The notes below the pieces were generated by a model. It was not told the DNA's origin, ran no database searches, and was given only the letters and a program-made list of their open reading frames with translations. Source: Macrostomum hystrix (taxonomy: Eukaryota > Animalia > Platyhelminthes). Taken from it: a stretch of DNA of 64,000 bases. Both the position numbers and the translations under genes were made by a program. The DNA lies in assembly GCA_950097015.1 (NCBI GenBank), contig CATNEN010000007.1, forward strand, positions 6,386,001 to 6,450,000. Reading direction: 5' to 3'. Every line of letters begins with the position of its first letter. The stretch's first letter is position 1. This document shows positions 48,501-60,500 of this stretch, in pieces.

Positions 48501-51500
48501 AGGCCGCGGGTTCACAAGACTCACGCCGTCGAAGGTAATGATGCTGTTGCCGCCGGCCAGGACCATCGTGCGGTGCCGCATTGCCAGCAGCCGCACAGTG
48601 GGGTCCCACAGGCTGGCGTCCATTTGGCGCCAATCGTTGAACATAGACAGCAGGACGTAGCCATCGGATGATGTCGCGAACAAGCGGTCGCGGATGCGCC
48701 GAGCAGCCAAGCGAATCGAGCGCACCAGCGCCAGACGGCGCTGCCAGACGCGCGGGCTCAGACTGTCGATGTAGACCGGCGAGTAGATGGTTCCGACCAC
48801 TTCGGCGTATGACGCCTCGCCTTCACCGAGTGTTTGACAAGCGGCATCGCAGATCGGTCGCCAGACGCGGACGCGATAGGCGTCAGTCATCAAAAGACGG
48901 CGCACGCCGGCGGCGAATTCCCCGCTAGTGACGAGACTCCAGCCTTCGCCAGCGTTGCGCCAGAAGCTCAACGACTCCGGGCCAGTCAGCAGAGACGCAA
49001 GGCGCTGGGGTCGGCTGAGGGCCTCCCGCTCCGTCGTGCTTGGGCCGAATTCGATCCATTTGCTGAGCGCATAAATTACATCGTCGTACCAGTCCTTCAG
49101 CTTTACTAGGTCGCCAGAGTGGCCAATTATAAAGGGCTTCAGATCGGTGGCCAGCCAGTCCAGGGACTTACTGGCTGCATTTGCCAGTGCGGACTCGATC
49201 TGCTGCAGCGCCAGCGCCACCTGCTCTCTGGCAGCGCCAAGCGGTACCACCTGACCGGCCCGCTCGGACAGCAGCCAGAGCATCGAGGCCGTGGCGTTAC
49301 TCCCGGCTGTCGTGATGCCCGTCGCGTGCAGGATTTTCCGCAGGCCGGCATCTGCCGACTCCAGGCAGCGCCCAAACCAAGCGCCGAAGCGCGCGGCTGC
49401 CTCCTTGCATGCGTCGAGACTGTCGCGCCAGGTGCTCAGCACTGGCAGGCCATCCAGGAATTCCACTGTGACATCAGCCGCGTGTTGAACTCGCTCAGCT
49501 AAGCGCAGGTCGATGAGGGTCGCGCCCCCAGCCGTCAACGCCCGCACGATTGCGTCAGTTGCGGAGTTGATTCTCTTGGACGCGGCGTTGAAGGCTCGCT
49601 TCAACCATTGAACAACGACGCCCAGGCGCGGGTCGTTGCCAGCCGCTTCCGCAATGGTCTCCGCATAGAGCCTAAAGGATTCAAGGTCTGCCAGCAGCGG
49701 GTTTGTCGCCTCTTCCGACAGTCGCTTGGCATCGACAGCCTTCAAGAGCCGGTCGCGGCCGGCTCGAAGCAGAGCGTTGAGCGCCGAGCCGAGTGCGCGA
49801 AGGCCCGACGATGTCCATGTGTCTAGGAGAGCCTCCTTCAGGTGTGCGACTGCCGACTTCTGAATATTAAGAGGCTTATGACTGACATCCGTGTGTTTCA
49901 ATGAATATATGTGGACCCGAAAATTTTCTATCGCATTCGATGTACTAAGATGATGGCTATGTCGAATTCCTTGCAGCGTTTGAATAACCAGCAGCAATTA
50001 TTAGTTATAATTGATTCTATGCATAATTGCATGGGCTATTCAGTAATTTTACCACCTGGTTGAATAATAAGAGGCAGTCCCAACTGCCTGCAAAAAAAAT
50101 GTCGTCAAGGCAAAGATCGAAAGTTAGGTCAAAGTGGTTACAGTGCAAAAAATGCGCCATAATTGTTCGTCACAAGCTTGATAAATTTGAGCAATCTAAT
50201 TTATCGAAAAATTGCGGACGAAACATCTGAGAAGTACTTTTTCTGTTTTTGTTCTAGCGATTATTTTATCTTTTTCAACGATTCGAGCTTTACAGGGGCC
50301 GTACCAATGAGAGATTTTGAAAGAGGTCGTCCGTGGGATAAATAGCCCCTGAATCCCCTAGGCATTGATCGAACTCACCACACCGTCGGCCTGCACCGAG
50401 CGCCAGGCGCTGCTGTACTCCAACGTGTTGTTTCTGTGCAGCTGCAGTCCCATGGAGAACAGGTTCACGCCCGGAGACACCGAGGCCGGCCGGGTGGGGT
50501 CCGGCCACTGGCCGACGCTCATTCGGCCAACCAAAACGGCCGCGTGCGCCTGTCGGCCGTCTTCGGAGACGCCAGCAGAGGCCAGCATCAGGCTGGCGTT
50601 CGGCCAGAAGCTGTGCGATGCGACGCGCAGGTCGGTGGAGAAGTCGATGCCTCCCAGCCCTGTGTCCAGCGTGGCAGTCAAGTGGCTCTTCGGACGGTCG
50701 AGCTGAGCGTCCAGGCGAGCCGCCTGATGATCGTTGCCGGATGCGAAGATGGTCAGACGGTCGAGTCGGCTGCCCGGCGTGAACTGCACGCTGATCGAGG
50801 AGCCGTTGTCGCACTGTGGGAAAAAAAAGGAAAAAAACTCGCAAGAAAAAACCGATGTCGTTTACTTTTCTAATTGATATCGTTGAACGCTATTTCGCTC
50901 CATAAACAATCTAAAAGTAGAACATGCAAAATCTGCCCGTTGTTTGTTCGCAAAGCTCTCACAGTGAGAGTAGTTTGATTTAATGGATTTGGATTTTCTA
51001 CTTGGAATGCTGCACTCAAAGTTTATGCATTTTTTAAACTGAAATTTTCATTTCGATTAATTTCCTTTTTTGGTTCTGTCGGGCTATGTCAATTGTTGGT
51101 GCAGTCACTGTCGTTGTTGTAATAGTTCAGTTTATTTAAGTGCACGCGCGCCACCCCCGCCGCTGTTATTTACTTTGATGTGTCTTATACAACCACCCAT
51201 CCTCCACCCTATTGTTATCTCGTGTGATTGCTGAATCATGCCTGTCTGGCACAATATATATTGATCGAAGGTGCACGGCTAGAGTTTGCGCTTGTGACTG
51301 TCCTGCAACCTGCTCAATGCGTTTGCTTCTGTTCTTCAATTAACACACGACTTCACAGTGGCGACGAGGATGGCTGCGACTATTCCTACACTCTCTGCAA
51401 ACTCTGATGTTGAGGTTTACATCGAGAGGCTAGATCAGTACCTGGTCTACAAGGAAGTTAAAGACGAAGCGAAGGTTGCAACCCTGATCACAGTCATTGG

Positions 51501-54500
51501 AGAAGAGGCATACAAGCTGCTCCGCAACCTGTGCCTGCCAGACGCAGTGTCCTCCAAGCCCTACGAAACGTTGACACAGCTGCTGAAGGATCACTACGCT
51601 CCAAAAACATCAATGCTCTCGGCCAGATTTCGTTTTCAGCAGCGCATCCAGAGACCCGGCGAGAGCTTCACCGACTTCGTTGCCGGTCTCAAAGCAGCTT
51701 CTGAGCACTGCAAGTTCGGCATTACTCTGACCGAGAGGCTACGCGACCAGCTCATCTTCGGCATACGCAGTGACGCCCACCGAGCGAAGCTTCTGGAAGT
51801 CGAGGATCCGACTTTTGATGCCCTGACTAAGAAGATTGAAACGCTGGAGACGGCAGAGATGTCCTCATCCGAGATGACACACAGGGCCGAGCCAGTGGCC
51901 CACCTGCGCCCGCACAGGAACCCGTCTGGAGCCAAGGGAGTCAAGGACGTCAGCAGGCAAGCTCCTCGCCGGTCAGCTGCCAGCTTCGCTGACCCAGCTC
52001 GGGCAGCGCAGTCGTGCTCGGCCGCAAGTGCGTGTGCAAGCTGCGGCGGCGCCCATAGTCGGCAGCAGTGTAAGCTGCGCGAGGCCAAATGCCACGGCTG
52101 CGGTAAGGTCGGCCACATCCGGAAGGTGTGCAAGTCATCCAGGCTGCACAAAGTAGATCCCGAGCCGGCTGAGGCGCAGGAGCCCCTTTTCAGCCTTAGG
52201 CAAGGCGGATCAAGCAAGGGACTGGTAGTCAAGTTGCTTGTTCAGGGCAGCCCATGCTGTTTCGAGGTGGACACCGGGTCCGCCCTCACTGTCATACCCA
52301 AGAACCTGCAAGAGGAGGTCCTGCCGGACTTGCGCTTGTCGCCGACCTCCACGGTGCTGCGTACCTACACTGGAGAAAGCTTTCGGCCAGTCGGGCAGGC
52401 GGAGGTCACCGTCCAGCACAACAGCCAGGACCTGCGGCTGCCACTGCTGGTCGTCGAACAAGGCGACGTCGCGTTGCTCGGCCGAGACTGGCTGGCGAAG
52501 CTGAAACTTGACTGGCCGAGGATCTTCGGGCAAGTCAACTCGGTGACTGGCGAGGCGGATGGTCTGATCGCGCAGTTTCCCGAGGTCTTCCAAGGCGGCC
52601 TGGGCACCTATCGGCACGGCGAGGTGAAGCTGCACATGCCTGCGGAGGCTAAGCCACGCTTTTTCAAGGCCAGGCCGGTCCCCTACGCGCTCCGAGAACG
52701 CGTTGACGACGAGCTTCGGCGGATGGAGGCGGACGGCATCATCACATCAGTCAAGTACTCAGACTGGGCGGCGCCCATCGTGCCCGTGGTTAAGAAGAAC
52801 GGTGCAGTGCGGATCTGCGGAGACTATAAGCTGACCTACAATGCGGAGGCTACGCCAGAGCTGTACCCGCTGCCGCGCATCGAAGACTTGTTCGCTAAGT
52901 TGGGCGGCGGCTGCAAGTGGTCCAAGCTGGACATGTCGAACGCCTTTCTGCAGCTGCCCCTGTCTAAGGACAGTAAGATTTTCTTGACCATCAATACGCA
53001 GCGAGGTCTGTTCCAGCTGAACCGCATGCCATTTGGCATCAACTGCGCCAGCGCCGTGTTCCAGCGCACGCTCGACTCTCTGCTCGGTGACCTGGAGTCG
53101 GTGCAAGTCTTCGTTGACGATATCCTGGTGACAGGCAGAACTCTGCAGCATCATCGCGAGAATCTCACCAAGGTCCTTCAACGCCTCCAGGAGGCGGGTC
53201 TACGGTTAAACAAGGACAAGTGCGAGTTCTTCCGCGACTCGGTCGATTACCTGGGCCATCGGATCGACAGCCAAGGTCTGCGGCCGCTGGCGGAGAAGGT
53301 GACGGCAGTGCAGGACGCGCCGGCGCCCACTGATTGCAGTCAGCTTCGAGCCTATCTCGGCATGCTAACTCACTACGGTAAGTTTCTGCCTCATCTGTCT
53401 ACCGTGGTCGCTCCGCTCAACCAGTTGCTGACTAAGAACGCCCGCTGGTGCTGGGGAGAGCCCCAGCAGCTGGCCTTCCAGAGGTCCAAGCGCCTACTGC
53501 TCGAGTCTCCGGTGCTTGTTCACTACGACTCGAAGCTGCCGCTGCGATTAGAGTGCGACGCCAGCCCCTACGGACTCGGCGTGGTGCTGACACATCGCAT
53601 GGACGGCCAGGACCGAGCGATCGCCTTCGCCAGCCGCAGCCTGACTACGGCTCAGAAGGGCTACTCGCAGCTGGACAAAGAGGCCCTTGCGATCATGTTC
53701 GGCCTCCAGCGTTTCAATCAGTTCCTGCAAGGCCGCAAATTTGTCATCGTGACCGACCACAAGCCGCTCCTGGGACTTCTAGGCGAGCACAAAGGCATCC
53801 CTGAGCACGCGGCTGCCCGCATGCAGCGCTGGGCGATCCGCTTGGCTGGTTATGACTATGCGCTTGAGTTCCGGCCCACCAGCAAACACGCAAACTGCGA
53901 TTCACTGTCCCGGCTGCCGCTGCCGAGACAGTTCGAGGAGGAGCCGGCCGTAAACGCCCTGCTGCTCGACGAGGAGACCGGGTCTGCTATCACGGCTCAG
54001 GCGGTGGCACGGCACACGCGTTCGGATGCTACCCTCGGCCGGGTGCTTCGCTGCCTGCAGACGGGCGCCCCGATGGCGTCGTCGGACCTGACGGACTTCG
54101 CGAGGCGGCAAGACGAGCTGAGCGTCGAGCAGGGCTGCGTGCTGTGGGGTGCCCGAGTAGTGGTACCGACGGCCCTGCGGCAAGGCGTGCTGGATGAGCT
54201 TCACCAGGCGCACCCCGGCATCAACCGCATGCGAGCGCTGGCCCGCAGCTACGTCTGGTGGCCCGGTCTGGACAGGCAGCTCGAGACGACCGTCAAGGCC
54301 TGCCGGACCTGCATGCTGAACCAGGCCGATCCGCCCAAGGCGCCGGTGCAGCCGTGGCCGTTCCCAGCCGAACCGTGGGCAAGGCTGCACATTGACTTCG
54401 CCGGGCCCGTCAACGGCCGCACCTACCTGGTCATTGTGGACGCCTTCAGTAAGTGGCCGGAGGTTCTGCAGGTGCACAGTGTGACGGCGGCGGCGACCAT

Positions 54501-57500
54501 TGAGCGTCTTCGTGAGGTGTTCGCGAGACTGGGCATTCCGCGCGTGCTGGTCTCTGACAACGGCACGCAGTTTACCTCAGGGGAGTTCAGCGAGTTCACC
54601 AGGCGCAACGGCATTCGTCACGTCTTCTCGGCGCCCTTCCACCCGGCCACAAACGGCCAGGCGGAGAGATTCGTGCAGGTGCTCAAGCGACATCTGCTCA
54701 AGAGCGGCCACTCGACAGCCGCACTGCAACAAATGCTAATTTCCTACCGCAACACGCCGCACTCAATCACCGGCGCGGCCCCCAGTCAGCTGCTCATCGG
54801 TCGCAGACTACGCAGCCGGCTGGACCTACTGATGCCATCGCTGACGAACAGCATGCAGCAGCGCCAAGAGCAGCAAGTGGAGCAGCAGCCGCGAGCACGC
54901 GAGTTCCATGCCGGCGACCCAGTGCTGCTGCGCGACTTCAGCTCGGATGCCAGGACCGGCGGCGGCCGCTGGACAGAGGGCACTGTCGTTTCCGCCGGGT
55001 CCCGCAACTGCGCCGTCGATGTTCGCGGAACTATCCACCGGCGGCACACAAACCAGCTGCTGTCGGCCGCCCTCCCACCGCCGACAACTCCCGTGACCCC
55101 GCTAGTAGTCACAGCCGAGGCACCGTCGACATTGGCGGAGCCTGGCGGTCAGGACATCGAGGCGCCGACAGTCGGGGCAGCCGCCGACGCCACCGACGCC
55201 GCCGACGCTAGCGATGCAACGTCCCCGACAGACACACCAGCTCGTCGCTACCCGCTACGGCAAAGGCGACCACCCGAGCGGTTGCAATCGTGATTAGGGA
55301 CTCGAATGGACTATGCGGATCGACTGGGATGTTTCTAGCCTAGGGGGGAGATGTCGGGCTATGTCAATTGTTGGTGCAGTCGCTGTCGTTGTTGTAATAG
55401 TTCAGTTTATTTAAGTGCACGCGCGCCACCCCCGCCGCTGTTATTTACTTTGATGTGTCTTATACAACCACCCATCCTCCACCCTATTGTTATCTCGTGT
55501 GATTGCTGAATCATGCCTGTCTGGCACAATATATATTGATCGAAGGTGCACGGCTAGAGTTTGCGCTTGTGACTGTCCTGCAACCTGCTCAATGCGTTTG
55601 CTTCTGTTCTTCAATTAACACACGACTTCACAGGTTCATTGCCTAATGCGAGCTTTTAAGTCAAGGGATTCAGTAGAGCGTAAATGTTTTCAGACTTCAA
55701 AGGCTAGAAGAAGTTCAGCAAGCACTCACTGTAAATGTGAACTCTCGTATCGGTCGGTAGATGAACTTGAACGACTTGTTGACACCCTGCGAGGGTACCT
55801 CGATCTTCACATCACCGAGCATCAGGCGTCGCAATGTGCCGCCCTCCGTGTAGTTGCCCCTCATAATCGCCACGCTTAGCCTCGAGCTGGCCTCGTCGCC
55901 GAGCGTTGCTCCGCTGGTCTCAAGCAGCAAGTCGATACGGCGCAGACGGCGCTGGTAGCCAACTCGGGCCCGCGCTACTTCGCGGTCGCTAGCGAGTTGC
56001 CGCAGCACCAGAGCGGAGCCTCCCTCAGTGCCTGTCGTAGCCTCCTGCCACAGCTCCAGCTTCATATGGTCGTGCAGGAATGGAGCCTGGCAGCTTGCTG
56101 ACACCGCCCAGACAATCTCGGAGTCTCTGTTGTAGTTCGCCAGCAGGTCCAGTCGGATCTCCTTCTCAGACGAGCGCTTTGCGTCCCAGGCAAAGCCCAG
56201 GCCTAGGCCCAGCGACCGACCGGGCTCGCTCAGAGGTTGAAAATCCAGGCGAAGCAGCCGAGTCGGCAAATCGAGCTCCAGCGTCCTCTGCATCGGCCGC
56301 GGTCCCTGCCTGAGAGCCCAGACCAGCCCATGACCGCGACGCTTGTTTAGGAAGAACTCGACGCTCTTTCTTGACTGCGTCAGGTCATACTCTCTGGCAA
56401 TCACGACATGCCTCTGCGGCGACTCTGTTTCAAAGCGGAAGTTACGACCACCAGGTTGGCCTGTAGAGCCTAGACTGACATTCACAGAGTATGGGCCGCT
56501 CAGCACGTTGCCAAGCTTGATCAACTTGCTGCTGAATAACTTCGAACTGTCGGGTTGGGAGAAGTCAAACAGAAGCTCCCAGTCTGTGAATCCCGTGGCT
56601 CGCACCCCTCCCTGACTCAGCTTGCTGGGCCAAGTGTTGGACGCACCCTGCAGTCGAGCGCTGACAACGCTTCTGCTTACGTCGTCCACAAATATCTGAC
56701 TGTCGAATATCAAAGCGTAGTTCTGCTTAGCTGGATCTAGTCCGGCACTAACCAGTGCCCTGATTGATTTGGCTGACCACAGTAGACCAGCGTCGGACGT
56801 TAGTTCTGCTTCGATGTTAATTCCGGCTTGCTCAGGCTGTTTTGTAACTGTTGCAAACCCGGCTAGCATACCAGTGCCCTCGCGACCGTAGCTTAGTTGC
56901 ACTTTTCGTCCGTTCTCTACCGGCGAGAGCTTGGCCACCAGATCCAAAGAGCGACGTAGTCCTAGCAACGGCAATGTCAGCTTCAATGAAACCGATCGTG
57001 TGCCGGATTGATCAACTCTTGACGTCCGGAAGCTTGGAAATCCCAGTGTCAGATTGATCGCCTCGCCAGCGCGCAGGCGAAGTCGTTCCTCCTCGAGGTC
57101 GAACATGAATACATCTGCTATTTGGGTCCGGAGGTCAACTATTTTGTCAATCCGATCCATATTCGCGCTCAACTGCCACAGACTGCCTCCCGTCGACCTG
57201 GTCAGATTGCCGCTGGCGCTGAGAAGCTGTGGAAAGCGACTTAGATTGTGACGATATGTGAGGCTGCCAACTGCAGGGGAGTCGAAGTTAAAAATAAAAT
57301 GACCTTTCACGCCGCCTTGGTTTTGCAAAGTCAGAGAAAATGGTGTGGTAGGCAGGCGGATGGTAATTCCTGGCAAGATTTTCACCTTCGAATTGACCTG
57401 GTGGACACTGTGAGCAACTGTGAGGCTAGAGTTTTGACCTATGATATATGTTACAAGTAAGACGTTTGGCGCAGAGCTGCTGCCGTATTTAAAGCTTGCC

Positions 57501-60500
57501 TGGCCGGGCTTGAAGACAATTTCTGCCAGCGAGGCCGAATTATCATGCTGAATTTCCACAATAAATCTTTGGCCAGCTCCGGTGCTGCTGGAAGACCAGC
57601 TTACTTGATAGACAACTGGAGTCCCAGTCTTCACAACCAGCTCAAAACCGGCATCCGAAAACTTATTCAGCTGAAATTCTTTCCCAAAAATGCTCACTTG
57701 GCCGGTTCTGATTTCCAGTGCATCGGTAACTTCGATTCGGGCAGAAATCGGGCTGGAAGCAGCAGTTTCGTCATTCGTCCTGGCGATCGACAAGCGCCAC
57801 TCGCTGATTCCTGTGCCAGCTAGTGGCGAATGCAAGAGCTGAATAGACCAGCTTTGGGGCGACTTGATTACAAATCCAAAGTCTGAGTGGTTCGCTAAGG
57901 AAAAGACCGGCCTGAGTGGTTGGGGGGTCGCGTACCAAAATAAGCTGCCGGTCAAGGTGTTCACAGAGGAGCGCATGGCTGCGAAGTTGAGCTCCTTGTC
58001 GGCACCGAATAGGTAGTCCGCTCTGATTGATCTAGGCTCAAATTTGTCCAGGACGGTACCAAAGTCGAAAACTGCGAAGGCCAAACCGCGAATGCCTTCA
58101 TGATCGGCACTCTGATTGTAGCTCATCCTGATCAGATCCGCGACTCTTCCATTAGCCTGAGCAATGCTTAGCAAAGCCAGCTTTCTCTCCAAATGGTTGA
58201 CTAGCTGTATTGAAACGCCTGGGAAACTTTCGGAGCTGAGCCTCAAATCCACTAGCAAGTCTAGTGGCTCCGCTCTCAGTGGCCAAGTGGAATTCACGGT
58301 GCCATGGATGAAGATCTGCTCCGACACCAGGAAGCTATTTCTAGCGCGGAACTGTACGGAGCGGGTGGCAGTCCCGACCTGGCCTTGCAGTATGGAGAAA
58401 GCCAGCTCCGCTCTTCGCTCGCCAAACTCAAAATCCGCATTAGATCTCCGTGGGTCCAGTTCAAGGCGAGCTCCGTAGCTGAGCGCCTGGCCGGAGCTGC
58501 TGACGGTCCTCAACTTGAGCTCAGCCAGCAGCGGTGAGAACTCAAGAATGCTGGACAAGCGCAGCAGCGTTAGTTCTTTTCCGCCACGCTCGGGAGATGT
58601 CACTGCCAGCAGCAGGTCGAACTCTTTCGAGTGCCTCAGCCGGAATAACGCTTCTCCACCGAACTTTCGATACTTGATGTAATTCTCCAGGCCCGTCAGC
58701 TCAATGTCGCTCTTCACAGAGATCAGCCTCTTGATCACGCTGGGGTTCACATTGGTCGAGACGATGCCAGATTGTTTCAGTCCGATGTTCCAGCCAAAGG
58801 CAATAAACTTCGCAATCGAAGTGACATTCCATGCGCCAGGAAGTTCCGGGTGCAGAGTTCGACCAACTTTAAGCCCAAATTCTTGGAATTGCTGATGCTT
58901 TGTCTTCAAATCAATCCGACTGCCTGTATTCGAGTGCTCTAATTTGGCAGACACAACATTCATATAGTCGACTTGAACTTCCGACTCTAAAGACATGGGC
59001 ACAGAGCCTCTTCGAAACTCAACGCGGCTTCCGAGCTGTCTGTATGGCAAAAAGGAAAACTCGTTGGTCAACGAATTTTGCAGCAAGACTGCGGTGGGGG
59101 ATCGGGCCAGTTGCAAATCAAAACTGGCATTCGCTTTCGACGTTCCTACGACCGATTTCAAACGATGCACTTTTCCTTCTGCCTTGATGTCCTTCCAAAT
59201 GCCAATCATTCCATCAGAGTCTAACTCTCGGTTCAAAACATGGCCATCGATTTTTGCATTGAGCTCCAGCAAACAGTCTGTGGGCATGTCAGCTTCAGTC
59301 CACAGGCAGCTCAGCTTCTCCTTCAGCATGGCGGATGTGTTCGCGGCGACTCTGTGCCAACCCCAAGTGTCGCTGGATGTCAGGTCGAGCTTGACCTCGG
59401 TCAGTGCCTTGTCGCTCTGCATCTGAGCCTCAATGCGTGTCTTTAGCGAGTGACCGAATCCGTTGGCCTCCGCTTGAACGACTCGCAACCAGGGAGATTC
59501 ACCGTTGCCATCGCTGGAGTTTCTTAACAAGGACAAGCCATAGTTCAGAACTTCTGTGCCGTTCAGCAGAACCCTCAGCTGGTTCTTCCAGACGACGCCA
59601 TTGGTTTGCATGATATCGATCACGTTCTGCAGCTCGGTGTGACGATCGGGTTCTGAACCCGTAAGCCTGGATTTCTCGTTGAACCTAATGGACGCAAGGA
59701 AGCGAACAAATAGAGACCAACTGTAGCGAAGATTATAGCGACCGGCCATGATGCGGTTCTGATACTGCAGGAACCTCAGCAAGCTGGCGGCTGTCTCTCG
59801 GCTGAGCTGCCGTGTGGTCTCCAGAATGTACACATCTTCCTGCACCATCAGCAACGCGTGGTGCTTCAGCTGGTGATCCTCTGCTAGGCCAGTGTATGCG
59901 AAATTCTGTCGGCATTCAAACAGCCGCGTCGAGCCAATTGTCATGCTGGTGTTGACGCTGAGGATTCCCTCCTGTAGCCAGGACACGCCCGACTGCAGCC
60001 TCATTCCAGTGTTGAACTTGCTCTGCACAAACAGCTCGTGCTTCATTGGCCCAAGGGAGCCACCCTCGCGCTGCAGCCTGTGGTCCAAATGGATCAGCGT
60101 CTCACCAGCGTGAACCATCTTCAAGATCTGCCTACCTGCCGGCTCCCGTCCATTGACGTAGTTCTTCAGGTGCCAGAAGTGCGTGACCTCGGAGCTCTGA
60201 CGCACGATGTGGATGCCCAGTTGCGCTTCAAAGGCCTGACGCAGCCACTCCCATTGGGCTCTAGGCAGGAATCGAAGAATTCCCTTGTATTCAGCTTTGA
60301 AGTCTTCATAGCGGAGTCCACAATCGATTGAGTATAGATATTGACGGCCAACGCGCCCTGCGTCTCCGTCAATTTGCTCAGCATCGCCCATCTCAACTCT
60401 GAGTCCTTCCAGCTTGGCAGTGACTTCTCGGTCCCTGAAATACTTCAGTTGGCCGCTGCCGACTGCGATGAATGTCCCGACGTTGATGGTCTCTATGAGT

